A stretch of DNA of 64,000 bases from Fidelibacterota bacterium (GTDB lineage Bacteria > Fidelibacterota > Fidelibacteria > Fidelibacterales > DSDE01), in assembly GCA_046735395.1 (NCBI GenBank), contig JBJKQR010000062.1:64001-128000 (forward strand), written 5' to 3'. The translations under genes were made by a program, and so were the position numbers. The notes beneath the pieces were generated by a model, which was given only the letters and a program-made list of their open reading frames with translations, did not search any database and was not told where the DNA came from. Positions 48,939 through 59,322 of the stretch are shown here, in pieces (position 1 is the stretch's first letter; every line of letters starts with the position of its first letter).

Positions 48939-51518
48939 ATGCAGACACTGCTTTTAATCGTACCCCTGGCATCGCTGGCCGCATTGATCACCGCGTATGG
49001 CCTGAGCCGATGGATCTCGACTCAGGAAACGGGCACCAAACAGATGGTGCGCATCGCCTCCTATATCCGTGAGGGAGCGGTGGCATATCTGAAACAGCAA
49101 TACAAGACCTCCGGCATCTTTTTTCTGCTGCTCTTTGTCCTGCTGCTCTTTTTTGCCTTCGGTCTCAATACCCTCTCCGTCTACGTCCCCTTTGCCTTTC
49201 TGACCGGAGTTTTCTTTTCCGGCCTCTCCGGCTTCATCGGCATGCTCACCTCAACGAAAACATCAAACCGGACAACCCACGCAGCCCGCAAATCTCTGAA
49301 CCAGGCCCTGCGTCTCTCCTTCCGCGGCGGCTCCGTCATGGGGCTGGTCGTCGTCGGGCTCGGTCTCCTCGACATTGTCATCTGGTTCTATTATCTCAAC
49401 AGCGTCATCGACATCGCAGATATCAACGAAAAACTGCATCTGATCACGGCCACCATGCTCAGTTTCGGATTCGGCGCCTCGTCTCAGGCACTGTTTGCCC
49501 GCGTCGGCGGCGGCATCTTCACCAAGGCGGCCGACATGGGTGCCGATCTGGTGGGCAAGGTGGAAGCGGGAATTCCCGAAGATGATCCGAGAAACCCTGC
49601 CGTCATCGCCGATAACGTGGGTGACAACGTCGGGGACGTGGCCGGAATGGGCGCGGATCTGTACGAATCCTTCGTCGGCTCCATCCTCGGCGCGGCAGCG
49701 CTTGCCGTCTCGGCCGGTTACGGACTGAACGGGGTGCTCCTGCCCATGCTGGTGGCCGCTCTCGGCACCGCGGCCTCCGTTCTGGGTATCTTCACCGTTT
49801 CCACCGGCGAAGATGCAAATCAGAAACATCTGCTCAACGCCATCAACCGAGGCACCAATATTACGTCTGTCGTAACACTCATCCTGGTCTTTATCCTGCT
49901 CCGGGTCATGATGCCGGGACAGGTTTTTCAGCTCTATGTTCCCATTGTCATCGGTATTCTGGTGGGAATCGCCGTCGGATATTCCACCGACTATTACACC
50001 AATGCCGCCTTCAGCCCCGTTCACCGCATCGTCGGCCAGGCCCGCACCGGACATGCGACCGTGGTTACGGCCGGATTTTCGGTAGGTATGATGTCCGTCG
50101 TGCCCTCCATCCTCTTCATTATTATCGGAACCGTCATTGCCTTTATCAGCGGCGGAGGCCATGTCAATCTGAGCGAGGGCCTCTATGCCATCGGCCTGGC
50201 TGCGGTAGGCATGCTGTCCACCCTGGGCATCAATCTGGCAACGGATGCCTTCGGTCCCATCGCGGATAATGCGGGCGGTATCGCGGAGATGGCCGAGCTC
50301 CCGTCGGAAACCCGGAAACGGACTGACGCGCTGGATGAACTGGGCAATTCCACAGCCGCGCGGGGTAAAGGTTTATCCATCGGCGCGGCGGCACTGACAG
50401 CCGTCACCCTTATTGCCGCGTTTATTGAGGAGATCCGGGCTGCCATGGTTCACAGCGGAATTTCCAGCATGAAAATTTACACAGGTGATATTCTCATCAA
50501 AACCGTAGATACAGCCGCCGCCTCCGTGACGGATCTGCTGCTGTACATGCAGAGTTCGCTTCTGGATATCCGCTTCATCAGCGGACTGTTCATCGGCTCT
50601 GTCATCATTGCCGGCTTCGGTTCCAAAACCATTGAGGCGGTATCGGAGGCAGCCGGGGAAATGATCGACGAGGTCCGGCGGCAGTTCCGGACCATTCCGG
50701 GCATCATGACCGGGGACGCAACTCCGGACTATGCCAGCTGCGTCCGCATTTCCACCTTCGCGGCTCAGAAAAAAATGGTCATTCCCGCCCTTATCGTAAT
50801 CCTGACGCCCATTCTCACCGGACTCCTTTTCGGTCCCGTGGCCGTCATCGGCCTGCTCAGCGGCAATCTCATCGTCGGTTTCCTTTTTGCCGTTTTCATG
50901 GCCAACAGCGGCGGCGCCTGGGATAACGCAAAAAAATATATTGAACGCAGCAAATCGGACCTGCGTAACGAGATACAGCTGGGAATCCGGGACATCAGCA
51001 AGCGGGGACTCTGGCCTTTTTATCTCACCCGTGATACCCGCAGATTTCTCTTTGAACTGGTCAATCTGAATCCCAAGGCGTTCAGCATTGATGAAGAAGT
51101 ATCCGAATATCTGGGCGAAATCATTCGTCTCACGGAAAACCGCTACATCAATGAAAATCTCAATCTGGCCACGCTGCTGGCGGCGCTCGAAAAAAACGCC
51201 CTGAAATCCCTGAATGATGCGGATTTGTCCCTGCTTTACGGGAAGCTGAATGGCGAAGACCAGCTCATGTACCGTCAATATCTGCAGCTCAGCCGTCAGG
51301 ATCAGGAATTTCTCATGAAACTGAACGGAATCCGAAGTGATTTCGAGTCCATCATGAGTTCCTATTCGGCTGCAGTCACCGGGGATACAGTCGGCGACCC
51401 GCTCAAGGACACCAGCGGCCCCTCCCTGAATATTGCCATCAAGCTCTCCACCATGGTTTCCATCATCAGCATCGGAATTGTCCTGAAATTCAATCTCTGG
51501 TCAGCGCTCTTTCACTGA
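48939..51518 (+). CDS. hppA: K+-dependent membrane-bound (Na+/H+-translocating) pyrophosphatase with large late insertion
   Basis: GGIFTKAADMGADLVGKVE, EDDPRNP..IADNVGDNVGD, GPIADNAGG, GNSTAA, GGAWDNAKK, GDTVGDPLKDTSGP. Confidence 0.93.
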   Translation: MQTLLLIVPLASLAALITAYGLSRWISTQETGTKQMVRIASYIREGAVAYLKQQYKTSGIFFLLLFVLLLFFAFGLNTLSVYVPFAFLTGVFFSGLSGFIGMLTSTKTSNRTTHAARKSLNQALRLSFRGGSVMGLVVVGLGLLDIVIWFYYLNSVIDIADINEKLHLITATMLSFGFGASSQALFARVGGGIFTKAADMGADLVGKVEAGIPEDDPRNPAVIADNVGDNVGDVAGMGADLYESFVGSILGAAALAVSAGYGLNGVLLPMLVAALGTAASVLGIFTVSTGEDANQKHLLNAINRGTNITSVVTLILVFILLRVMMPGQVFQLYVPIVIGILVGIAVGYSTDYYTNAAFSPVHRIVGQARTGHATVVTAGFSVGMMSVVPSILFIIIGTVIAFISGGGHVNLSEGLYAIGLAAVGMLSTLGINLATDAFGPIADNAGGIAEMAELPSETRKRTDALDELGNSTAARGKGLSIGAAALTAVTLIAAFIEEIRAAMVHSGISSMKIYTGDILIKTVDTAAASVTDLLLYMQSSLLDIRFISGLFIGSVIIAGFGSKTIEAVSEAAGEMIDEVRRQFRTIPGIMTGDATPDYASCVRISTFAAQKKMVIPALIVILTPILTGLLFGPVAVIGLLSGNLIVGFLFAVFMANSGGAWDNAKKYIERSKSDLRNEIQLGIRDISKRGLWPFYLTRDTRRFLFELVNLNPKAFSIDEEVSEYLGEIIRLTENRYINENLNLATLLAALEKNALKSLNDADLSLLYGKLNGEDQLMYRQYLQLSRQDQEFLMKLNGIRSDFESIMSSYSAAVTGDTVGDPLKDTSGPSLNIAIKLSTMVSIISIGIVLKFNLWSALFH

Positions 51519-51552
51519 GCCGGCCGGGAATATTTCTACAGAAAGGAAATAA

Positions 51553-53541
51553 ATGAAAACGGCACGGAATTCGGAACAATTCATCAGCGAAGCTGATCTT
51601 TACGAGATTACCATCCCCCTCACACCCCGGCTAAATGCGGAGGGCGACAAGGCCGTATATATTCTCAGGAAGGCTGATAAGGAAAGCGGACGCTTTCATA
51701 CGCGGCTGCACCTGCTGGACATCCGCCGAAAGCATGACACGGAATATACGCGCGGCAATGCCGATTCACATCCCTGCTGGCATCCCGGCGGAAAAAAGAT
51801 TCTCTATCTGAATAATGATAATAAGGACAATACACTGCGAAGTATTTCCATCCATGGCGGAGAGTCCACCGATGTGATGAAACTGGGTAAAGGTGATGTT
51901 CAGAGTATAGCCTGGTCTCCGGACGGAAAATGGATCGCCATCCTTATGAAAAAACCGGAAACAGACGGAGCAGACAGCGATACGGAACCGAAAGAACCGG
52001 TGCTGCGGGTGATAGACAGGCTCTATACGCGGCATGACGGAAAAGGCTGGGACATGGATGCCCGCGCATCTCTCTACCTCCTGAAAACGGGCTCGGCCAC
52101 GGTTCAGAAGATCGCCGACAGCCCGCTGAGCCATATTTCGGACTTCGCCTGGTCCTCCGACAGCCAACGGATTGCCTACGTCATGAACGCCCATCCGGAT
52201 CCGGACAGGAATGCAGGACATGACTCGATCTTCATCTATTCCCTGACTGATAAAAGCACCGTGGAACTGCCCAAACAGCCCGGGCCGGTGAGCCGGCTGC
52301 GCTTCGGAAATGCAGACCGTTCCATTTTCTTCACCGGTCATTTTCATCCTGAAAATCTCTGGGGAACCTTTAACAGTGAATTCTTCGAACTGGACATCGA
52401 GGACGGCAACTGCCGAAGCCTCAGTGAAGACCTGGACCGGACTCTCAGCGCGGCAAGCCTGGGAGACATTTCACCCATGGATACGGATCAGACACCCGTC
52501 TGTGATCCGGACGGAACCTGGTATTTCACGATCACGTCCGAAGGCGGCAGCCCTCTGATCCGACGCAGCCCGTCCGGAGATACCGAAGCCATTCTGGAAG
52601 GGCCGGAAGTTATTGCGGAATATGACAAGGCCCAGAATGCCCCGGTCTTCATCCTGCGCCTGGCTCAGATGGAACGGCCCGATGAACTGTGGCTCCTCAG
52701 GCTTGACGAGGAAAAAACTCTGACAAAAATTACCGATCTGAATGACCGCTATCTGTCAAACCGTCAGTATACCTTTCCTGAGGTCCATACCATTCCGGTG
52801 GATGGCGCCGAGATACAGACCTGGATCGTAAAGCCGCCGCAGTTCCGGGAAAAATCCAAGTGGCCCATGATCCTGGAAATTCACGGCGGGCCCCATTCAC
52901 AATACGCCTACACCTTTTTCCACGAAATGCAGGTGCTCGCCGCAGCCGGTTTTGTCGTGGTCTATGCCAATCCCCGCGGCAGCCAGGGCTATGGCCGGGA
53001 TTTTGCCAAGGCCATTCACGGAAGCTGGGCCGAACCGGCCTTCAGTGATCTCATGACCGTCACCGATTACATGGCGGAAACCGGATATATTGATGAGGAA
53101 CGGCTTTTTGTCACCGGTGGCTCCTATGGCGGATACATGACCAACTGGATTGTGACGCAGACGGACCGTTTCCGGGCTGCCGCAACCCAGCGGTCCGTCA
53201 CCAATCTGGAAACTTTTTTCGGCTGTTCCGACATGGGCTGGGAATTGAGCAGCGAATTCAATGGCGCGCCCTGGGAAAATCCGGAGATATACAGAAAATG
53301 GAGTCCCATCACCCATGCTGCACAGATCCGGACCCCATTGCTGATCATCCACTCGGAAAATGACCTGAGATGCCCGATCGAACAGGCGGAACAGCTCTTT
53401 GTCCGTCTGAAATACGAGGGCAGGCCTGTGAAATTCCTTCGCTTTCCGGAAGAAAGCCACGGACTGAGCCGAAACGGCCGCATTGACCGGCGCATCGCCC
53501 GGCTCCAGGCTCTCCGCGACTGGTTTCACTCCTGCCTTTGA
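51553..53541 (+). CDS. S9-family (acylaminoacyl/dipeptidyl) serine peptidase
   Basis: Beta-propeller repeats (WSPDGK), IHGGPH, GGSYGG, HSENDLRC, EESHG. Confidence 0.92.
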   Translation: MKTARNSEQFISEADLYEITIPLTPRLNAEGDKAVYILRKADKESGRFHTRLHLLDIRRKHDTEYTRGNADSHPCWHPGGKKILYLNNDNKDNTLRSISIHGGESTDVMKLGKGDVQSIAWSPDGKWIAILMKKPETDGADSDTEPKEPVLRVIDRLYTRHDGKGWDMDARASLYLLKTGSATVQKIADSPLSHISDFAWSSDSQRIAYVMNAHPDPDRNAGHDSIFIYSLTDKSTVELPKQPGPVSRLRFGNADRSIFFTGHFHPENLWGTFNSEFFELDIEDGNCRSLSEDLDRTLSAASLGDISPMDTDQTPVCDPDGTWYFTITSEGGSPLIRRSPSGDTEAILEGPEVIAEYDKAQNAPVFILRLAQMERPDELWLLRLDEEKTLTKITDLNDRYLSNRQYTFPEVHTIPVDGAEIQTWIVKPPQFREKSKWPMILEIHGGPHSQYAYTFFHEMQVLAAAGFVVVYANPRGSQGYGRDFAKAIHGSWAEPAFSDLMTVTDYMAETGYIDEERLFVTGGSYGGYMTNWIVTQTDRFRAAATQRSVTNLETFFGCSDMGWELSSEFNGAPWENPEIYRKWSPITHAAQIRTPLLIIHSENDLRCPIEQAEQLFVRLKYEGRPVKFLRFPEESHGLSRNGRIDRRIARLQALRDWFHSCL

Positions 53542-53637
53542 GCTCAATACCCCTAAATTCCCGAGCTTTATCCGAATTTTCTGTAACGATTCGTCCTTAA
53601 TTGTATCTTTATTCTAAACAGAAAGGAAAACAATTCG

Positions 53638-54075
53638 ATGAGTGAACAGACCATGAAAATTGACTTATACAGCATCGGTGACTCTCTCACCTTCGTCGCC
53701 AAGGGAAAGACCGGCCACTGGATCAGCATGGATGCGCCCACAGAAATAAATGGCCATGGTGCAGCCAGCCGCCCCATGGAAGTTGTCCTTCAGGCCCTCG
53801 CCGGCTGTACCGGCATGGATGTCATGTCCATCCTGGGAAAAAAACGCATCAAGATCGATCTCTTCGGAATGGAAGTCACAGCCGAAAGAGCGGACGTGCA
53901 TCCGAAAGTCTTCACAAAAATTCACCTGACCTATAAATTCTGGGGCAGCGATATTCCCGAAAACGCGGTCGAACGGGCCATCGAACTCAGCGAAACCAAA
54001 TACTGCTCCGTATCCGCCATGCTGCGCAGCACTGCCGAGATCACCAGTTCCTGGGAAATAAATCCGGAAAAATAG
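53638..54075 (+). CDS. OsmC-family protein
   Basis: PME..L.ALAGCTGMDV...AIELSETKYCSVS. Confidence 0.9.
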   Translation: MSEQTMKIDLYSIGDSLTFVAKGKTGHWISMDAPTEINGHGAASRPMEVVLQALAGCTGMDVMSILGKKRIKIDLFGMEVTAERADVHPKVFTKIHLTYKFWGSDIPENAVERAIELSETKYCSVSAMLRSTAEITSSWEINPEK

Positions 54076-54229
54076 GCGCTGCCGGCTCTGAATTTTTGCA
54101 GCCTGGAGGAGAACTCTTCAGGGCTGTCGGAATTTATACGATTTTCTATCTGAATTCATTTGCCGGAAGCGTACTTTAAGGGAATATTACCCTTTATTTT
54201 TTTTCTGATTTGACATAAATTCTGACATT

Positions 54230-56230
54230 ATGACAGAATTTCAGCTCGTATCCAAATACAGTCCCACCGGTGATCAGCCTCAGGCTATTGAGGAACTGGT
54301 CCGGGGTGTTGAGGAAGGGCATCCTTTTCAGACTCTGCTGGGAATAACGGGCAGCGGAAAAACCTATACGATGGCCAAGGTCATCGAGGCGGTCCGCAAA
54401 CCGACGCTCATCATTTCCCACAACAAAACCCTGGCGGCTCAGCTCTACGGTGAATTCAAGGCTTTTTTCCCCGATAATGCCGTCGAATATTTCATCAGTT
54501 ATTACGATTATTATCAGCCGGAAGCCTATCTTCCCGTCACCGACACCTATATTGAAAAGGATTCGGACATCAATGACGAGATTGAGAAGCTGCGGCTCAA
54601 GGCCACATCCAGCCTCATGGCGCGCAATGATGTGATCGTGGTGGCTTCCGTTTCCTGCATTTACGGTCTGGGAAGCCCGGAGGATTACAAGAGCCAGATC
54701 GTCGTCCTGCACAAAGGCGAGGCGATTGACAGGAAGGATCTTCTGAAGCGGCTGGTCAATATTTACTATTCGCGAAATGACATGGCCTTTGCCCGCGGAA
54801 CCTTCCGGGTCCGGGGCGACATCATCGAAATCTTTCCGGCCTATGAGGATCAGCCTCTGCGAATTGAATTCTGGGGCGATGTGGTTGAGGATATTCATAT
54901 CACCGATCCGGTCACCGGTGAAATCCTCCGGAGCCTGGAATTTACGGTCATCTACCCGGCCCGTCATTTTGTCACGAATGAAGATACGCTGAACCAGAGT
55001 TTTCAGCAGATTCAGGACGAACTGAGGGACCGCCTCAATACGTTTCGCAGTGAAGGCAAACTGCTGGAGGCCCAGCGGCTGGAGCAGCGGACGGAATTTG
55101 ATCTGGAAATGATCCGCGAGCTGGGTTACTGCAGCGGCATCGAAAATTACAGCCGCCACCTGACCCTGCGCGCCGCCGGCCAGCGCCCCTTTACACTTTT
55201 CGATTTTTTCCCGAAGGATTATCTGCTGATCATTGATGAGAGCCACGCCACCATACCGCAGATCCGGGCCATGTATAACGGTGATTTCAGCCGGAAGCGG
55301 GTTTTAGTGGAATATGGTTTCAGGCTGCCGTCAGCCCATGACAACCGCCCCATGAAATTTGAGGAATTCGAAACGCTCATCCGTCAGTGCATTTTCGTAT
55401 CCGCCACACCGGCGGATTATGAACTGGAAAAATGCGAGGGCGTGGTCACCGAGCAGATCATCCGGCCCACGGGACTTCTGGATCCGGAGATTGAGCTCCG
55501 CCCCACCGAAAATCAGATTGACCATCTCATCCATGAGATACAGGTCCGGGTCGGCCGAAAGGAACGCGTCCTCATCACGACCCTCACCAAGAAGATGGCG
55601 GAAAATCTTGCCGAATTCCTGAAAAACCGGAATATCCGTGTCCGCTACATGCATTCGGAGATCAATTCCCTGGAACGCATCGGTATTCTCCGCGACCTGA
55701 GGCTGGGAGAATTTGATGTTCTGGTGGGCATCAATCTGCTCCGGGAGGGACTGGATCTTCCCGAAGTCAGCCTGGTTGCCATTCTCGACGCCGACAAGGA
55801 AGGTTTTCTCCGCTCCGACCGCAGCCTTTTCCAGATCAGCGGCCGCGCTGCACGGAATGAAAAGGGCAAAGTTATTTTTTATGCTGATAAGATCACGGCC
55901 GCCATGAAAAAAGTTATGGACGAAACCAACCGCCGCCGGGACATCCAGATGGCCTACAATACGGAACACGGCATCACACCGAAGACGGTCTATAAGAGCG
56001 AGGATGAAATTCGCAGGATTACGGCCATTGCCGACATGAATCCCGAATATCACCGGGATGGCGATGTGAAGGAAAAAGTGAAAATGGATCCCCGGTCGAG
56101 GGTGGAAGCTCTGAATCTGGTGGACCAGCTGACAGTGGAAATGGAAAAGGCGGCAGAACAGCTGGATTTTGAACGGGCAGCTCAGCTGCGCGACCGAATC
56201 ATAGAACTGAAAGAGAGGAACAGAGTCTGA
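54230..56230 (+). CDS. uvrB: Excinuclease ABC subunit B
   Basis: [39 protein letters not shown]-terminal UVR domain. Confidence 0.98.
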   Translation: MTEFQLVSKYSPTGDQPQAIEELVRGVEEGHPFQTLLGITGSGKTYTMAKVIEAVRKPTLIISHNKTLAAQLYGEFKAFFPDNAVEYFISYYDYYQPEAYLPVTDTYIEKDSDINDEIEKLRLKATSSLMARNDVIVVASVSCIYGLGSPEDYKSQIVVLHKGEAIDRKDLLKRLVNIYYSRNDMAFARGTFRVRGDIIEIFPAYEDQPLRIEFWGDVVEDIHITDPVTGEILRSLEFTVIYPARHFVTNEDTLNQSFQQIQDELRDRLNTFRSEGKLLEAQRLEQRTEFDLEMIRELGYCSGIENYSRHLTLRAAGQRPFTLFDFFPKDYLLIIDESHATIPQIRAMYNGDFSRKRVLVEYGFRLPSAHDNRPMKFEEFETLIRQCIFVSATPADYELEKCEGVVTEQIIRPTGLLDPEIELRPTENQIDHLIHEIQVRVGRKERVLITTLTKKMAENLAEFLKNRNIRVRYMHSEINSLERIGILRDLRLGEFDVLVGINLLREGLDLPEVSLVAILDADKEGFLRSDRSLFQISGRAARNEKGKVIFYADKITAAMKKVMDETNRRRDIQMAYNTEHGITPKTVYKSEDEIRRITAIADMNPEYHRDGDVKEKVKMDPRSRVEALNLVDQLTVEMEKAAEQLDFERAAQLRDRIIELKERNRV

Positions 56231-56231
56231 T

Positions 56232-57515
56232 ATGAGCGATAAACAGAATATTCTGGTACTGGGTTCGGGGGGGCGCGAACACGCCCTGGTCTGGAAACTG
56301 AAACAAAGTCCGAAAGTCGCTGAAATACACTGCATTCCGGGCAACGGCGGTATTGAAAATATTGCCACGACCGCATCGGTTCCGCTCACAAATTTTTCTG
56401 CTCTGGCCACCTACGTCCGTGACCACGATATTGATCTGACCGTTGTCGGCCCCGAACAGCCTCTCGTCAATGGTATTGTAGACAGTTTCCGCAAGAAAGG
56501 GCTGAAAATCTGGGGGCCGGATCAGCTCTCGGCCCGGCTGGAAGGTTCCAAGGCCTATTCCAAGGATTTCATGAAAAAATACGGTATCCCGACGGCCGGA
56601 TATAAATCCGTTAACAACCTGAACGATGCCATACATTTCCTGAAGGAATGCAGGTATCCTATTGTGATCAAAGCCAGCGGACTGGCGGCAGGAAAAGGTG
56701 TGGTCATTGCCGAAAGCCGGAAAGAGGCGCTCACGGCGCTTGAATCCATGCTCGTCAACCGACAGTTCGGAGATGCCGGAGATACGGTCGTCATCGAGGA
56801 GTTTCTGAAAGGCGATGAAATATCCATTTTAGTTATCACGGACGGAAACCATTATCATATTCTGCCGACGGCCCGGGACCACAAACGGGCCTTTGACGGA
56901 GATCTGGGCCCGAATACGGGCGGAATGGGCGCCTTTGCCCCGGCCCCTCTGCTGACTGCCGCGCAGGAACAGCAGGTCATCGGTGACATTATTGAACCGA
57001 CCATCGCGGGTATCCGGAGTGAAGGCGGTGATTACAAGGGAATCATTTACTTCGGACTGATGATTGACGGGGAAGACATCCGGGTTCTGGAGTACAACTG
57101 CCGCTTTGGTGATCCTGAGGCTCAGGTCATTCTGCCTCTCCTGAAAAACGATCTGCTCGACCTTATTGACGCCTCGCTGAAGGAAAACCTTGACCAGCAG
57201 AAAATTGAATGTCACAGCGGCGTCTGCGCTACCGTGATTCTGGCCAGCGGCGGCTACCCGGGAAACTATGAAAAGAACCTTCCCATACAGGATAAGACCG
57301 TAAACGGTGAAGACAATCTGATTCTTTTTCATGCCGGCACACGTCGCGAAAATGAGGTCCTCCTTTCCTCGGGAGGACGGGTTCTGGCCGTGACCGCTCT
57401 GGGCGAAAACCTGAAGACGGCTTTGAATATTGCCTATAAAAATATTTCAAAAATAAAATTAAAGGGTTCATTTTACCGAAAGGACATAGGCAAAGGCTTC
57501 ATCGACACTAAATAA
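56232..57515 (+). CDS. purD: Phosphoribosylamine-glycine ligase
   Basis: GSGGREHAL, GPEQPL, LEGSK, GLAAGKGV, GPNTGGMG, EYNCRFGDPE. Confidence 0.97.
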   Translation: MSDKQNILVLGSGGREHALVWKLKQSPKVAEIHCIPGNGGIENIATTASVPLTNFSALATYVRDHDIDLTVVGPEQPLVNGIVDSFRKKGLKIWGPDQLSARLEGSKAYSKDFMKKYGIPTAGYKSVNNLNDAIHFLKECRYPIVIKASGLAAGKGVVIAESRKEALTALESMLVNRQFGDAGDTVVIEEFLKGDEISILVITDGNHYHILPTARDHKRAFDGDLGPNTGGMGAFAPAPLLTAAQEQQVIGDIIEPTIAGIRSEGGDYKGIIYFGLMIDGEDIRVLEYNCRFGDPEAQVILPLLKNDLLDLIDASLKENLDQQKIECHSGVCATVILASGGYPGNYEKNLPIQDKTVNGEDNLILFHAGTRRENEVLLSSGGRVLAVTALGENLKTALNIAYKNISKIKLKGSFYRKDIGKGFIDTK

Positions 57516-57602
57516 GCTAATGATTTGTATAATTATTAAAACAATGAACAGAATAATAGAAATTGGTATTGCACGCCAGGATCCTGAACACTACGGGGAA
57601 GG

Positions 57603-58784
57603 ATGGAGAGCATGAACAATTACGGAATAACGGGCGACAGTGAAGCCATCCGCCAGGTAATTGCCATGATTGATCAGGTGAGCCGGTCCGATATTTCCGT
57701 GCTGATCACCGGTGACAGCGGAACGGGCAAGGAGCTGGTAGCCCGCGCCATTCACAACAATTCGCTGCGGCGCAGCAAGCCCTATATCATTGTAAATTGC
57801 GGCGCCATCCCGGCTGGAACCATCGAAAGTGAGCTCTTCGGCCACAAGAAAGGTTCCTTCACAGGCGCGCTGGAAAGCCGGAAGGGATATTTCGAAGCTG
57901 CCGACGGCGGAAGCATTTTTCTCGACGAAATCGGTGAGACGCCTCTGGAAACCCAGGTCAAGCTTCTGAGAACGCTGGAACAGGGTGAAATCATTCCAGT
58001 GGGTGAAAACTCGGCCCGACACGTGGATGTACGCGTTATTGCCGCCACAAACCGCAATCTGGCTGAGGAAGTACGACAGGAGCGTTTTCGCAAGGATCTT
58101 TATTACCGGCTGAAAACCGTCAACATTCATCTGCCGGCGCTGGCCGACCGCAGAGAAGACATTCCCCTTCTCGTCAATCAATTCATGACCCGCTACTGCG
58201 ATCAGAACGGTATCCCTTACAAACCCTTCAGCCCCAAAGCCATGAAAGTCCTGCAGGACCGGGAATACAGCGGCAACATCCGCGAACTCAAGAATCTGGT
58301 CGAATCCGTCATCGTCATGGAAAAGGACCGGATTATCCGGCCGGAAACCATTATCCAGCAATCCCATGGCAGCGAAAATTCCTTTGATGAATTCTCACCC
58401 TCCTTCGACACCCGCTATCCCGTGAAAATTCAGAGCCGCGACCGGGATGAGATGGAACGGGAGCTCATGCTCCGGCAGCTCTTCCTGCTCCGCCAGGATG
58501 TGGAGGAAATCAAGTCCCTGCTCAAACGCGATCTGCTGCCGCGCATGAACAGCGACCAGATGAACGATATCAGCAATATTATTCACGAAATGCGTCAGGG
58601 AACGGTGGAGGACCATGTGGAGGATGCCTCGGATACAAAGGAAAAAAGCCTGAGCGAAATCGAACGGGACGTGATCGTGCGGACTCTGGAAAAATATTAC
58701 GGCAGCAAACGGAAAACGGCCAAGGCTCTGGGAATCTCCGAGCGGACCCTGTACCGGAAGATCAATGAATATGAAATACAGTAA
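57603..58784 (+). CDS. Sigma54-dependent activator without N-terminal sensor domain
   Basis: AAA+ domain starts at residue ~7; [41 protein letters not shown]. Confidence 0.9.
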   Translation: MESMNNYGITGDSEAIRQVIAMIDQVSRSDISVLITGDSGTGKELVARAIHNNSLRRSKPYIIVNCGAIPAGTIESELFGHKKGSFTGALESRKGYFEAADGGSIFLDEIGETPLETQVKLLRTLEQGEIIPVGENSARHVDVRVIAATNRNLAEEVRQERFRKDLYYRLKTVNIHLPALADRREDIPLLVNQFMTRYCDQNGIPYKPFSPKAMKVLQDREYSGNIRELKNLVESVIVMEKDRIIRPETIIQQSHGSENSFDEFSPSFDTRYPVKIQSRDRDEMERELMLRQLFLLRQDVEEIKSLLKRDLLPRMNSDQMNDISNIIHEMRQGTVEDHVEDASDTKEKSLSEIERDVIVRTLEKYYGSKRKTAKALGISERTLYRKINEYEIQ

Positions 58785-58791
58785 GGTGGCC

Positions 58792-59304
58792 ATGAGAAAA
58801 ATCCTGTTCATTTCAGCGCTCATCATTCTCAGCAGCTGCGGGATTTACAGTACCCGTCCCGGCAGTATTCCTCAGCAGATCACCAATATTCATATTCCCC
58901 CTGTGGAAAACGAAACGGCTGAATTCGGCCTGAATGACGACATCAATGAACAGGTGCTGCGAACCATTCTCGACGAAAATATCCTTCCCCTCGCGGAGGA
59001 AGCCCAGGCCAGCAGTATTCTCTACCTGAGCTGCACAAAGATTGATGACAAACCCTATACCTTTGATGAAACCGAACGGGTCAAGGAATACAAACTGTCC
59101 CTGACCATGAGTTACCGCTGGGTGGACACGGCCGGCAGGAAGGACCTGATGGCAGGGAACCTGAGCCAGTGGGCCGTTTACAACAGCGACAGCTATAATA
59201 ATGAATTATCCCCGGGCGATCAGATCACCAGAGATCAGGCTAAAACTGAGCTGGCGAAGAAAATCTCGGAAGACGTAGTTTTTCAACTGGTCTCGGACTG
59301 GTAA
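58792..59304 (+). CDS. lptE: LPS assembly lipoprotein LptE family
   Basis: Lipobox LSSC-GIYS, IP.VENET.E, terminal ..SDW; follows the sensorless activator as in Bacteroidota. Confidence 0.7.
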   Translation: MRKILFISALIILSSCGIYSTRPGSIPQQITNIHIPPVENETAEFGLNDDINEQVLRTILDENILPLAEEAQASSILYLSCTKIDDKPYTFDETERVKEYKLSLTMSYRWVDTAGRKDLMAGNLSQWAVYNSDSYNNELSPGDQITRDQAKTELAKKISEDVVFQLVSDW

Positions 59305-59322
59305 AACGATTAGAAAAAGGAG

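Noticed and set aside
50946..51368. mPPase insertion as an intein or mobile element
   Set aside because: No intein splice-junction residues, LAGLIDADG motifs, terminal repeats or transposase similarity.
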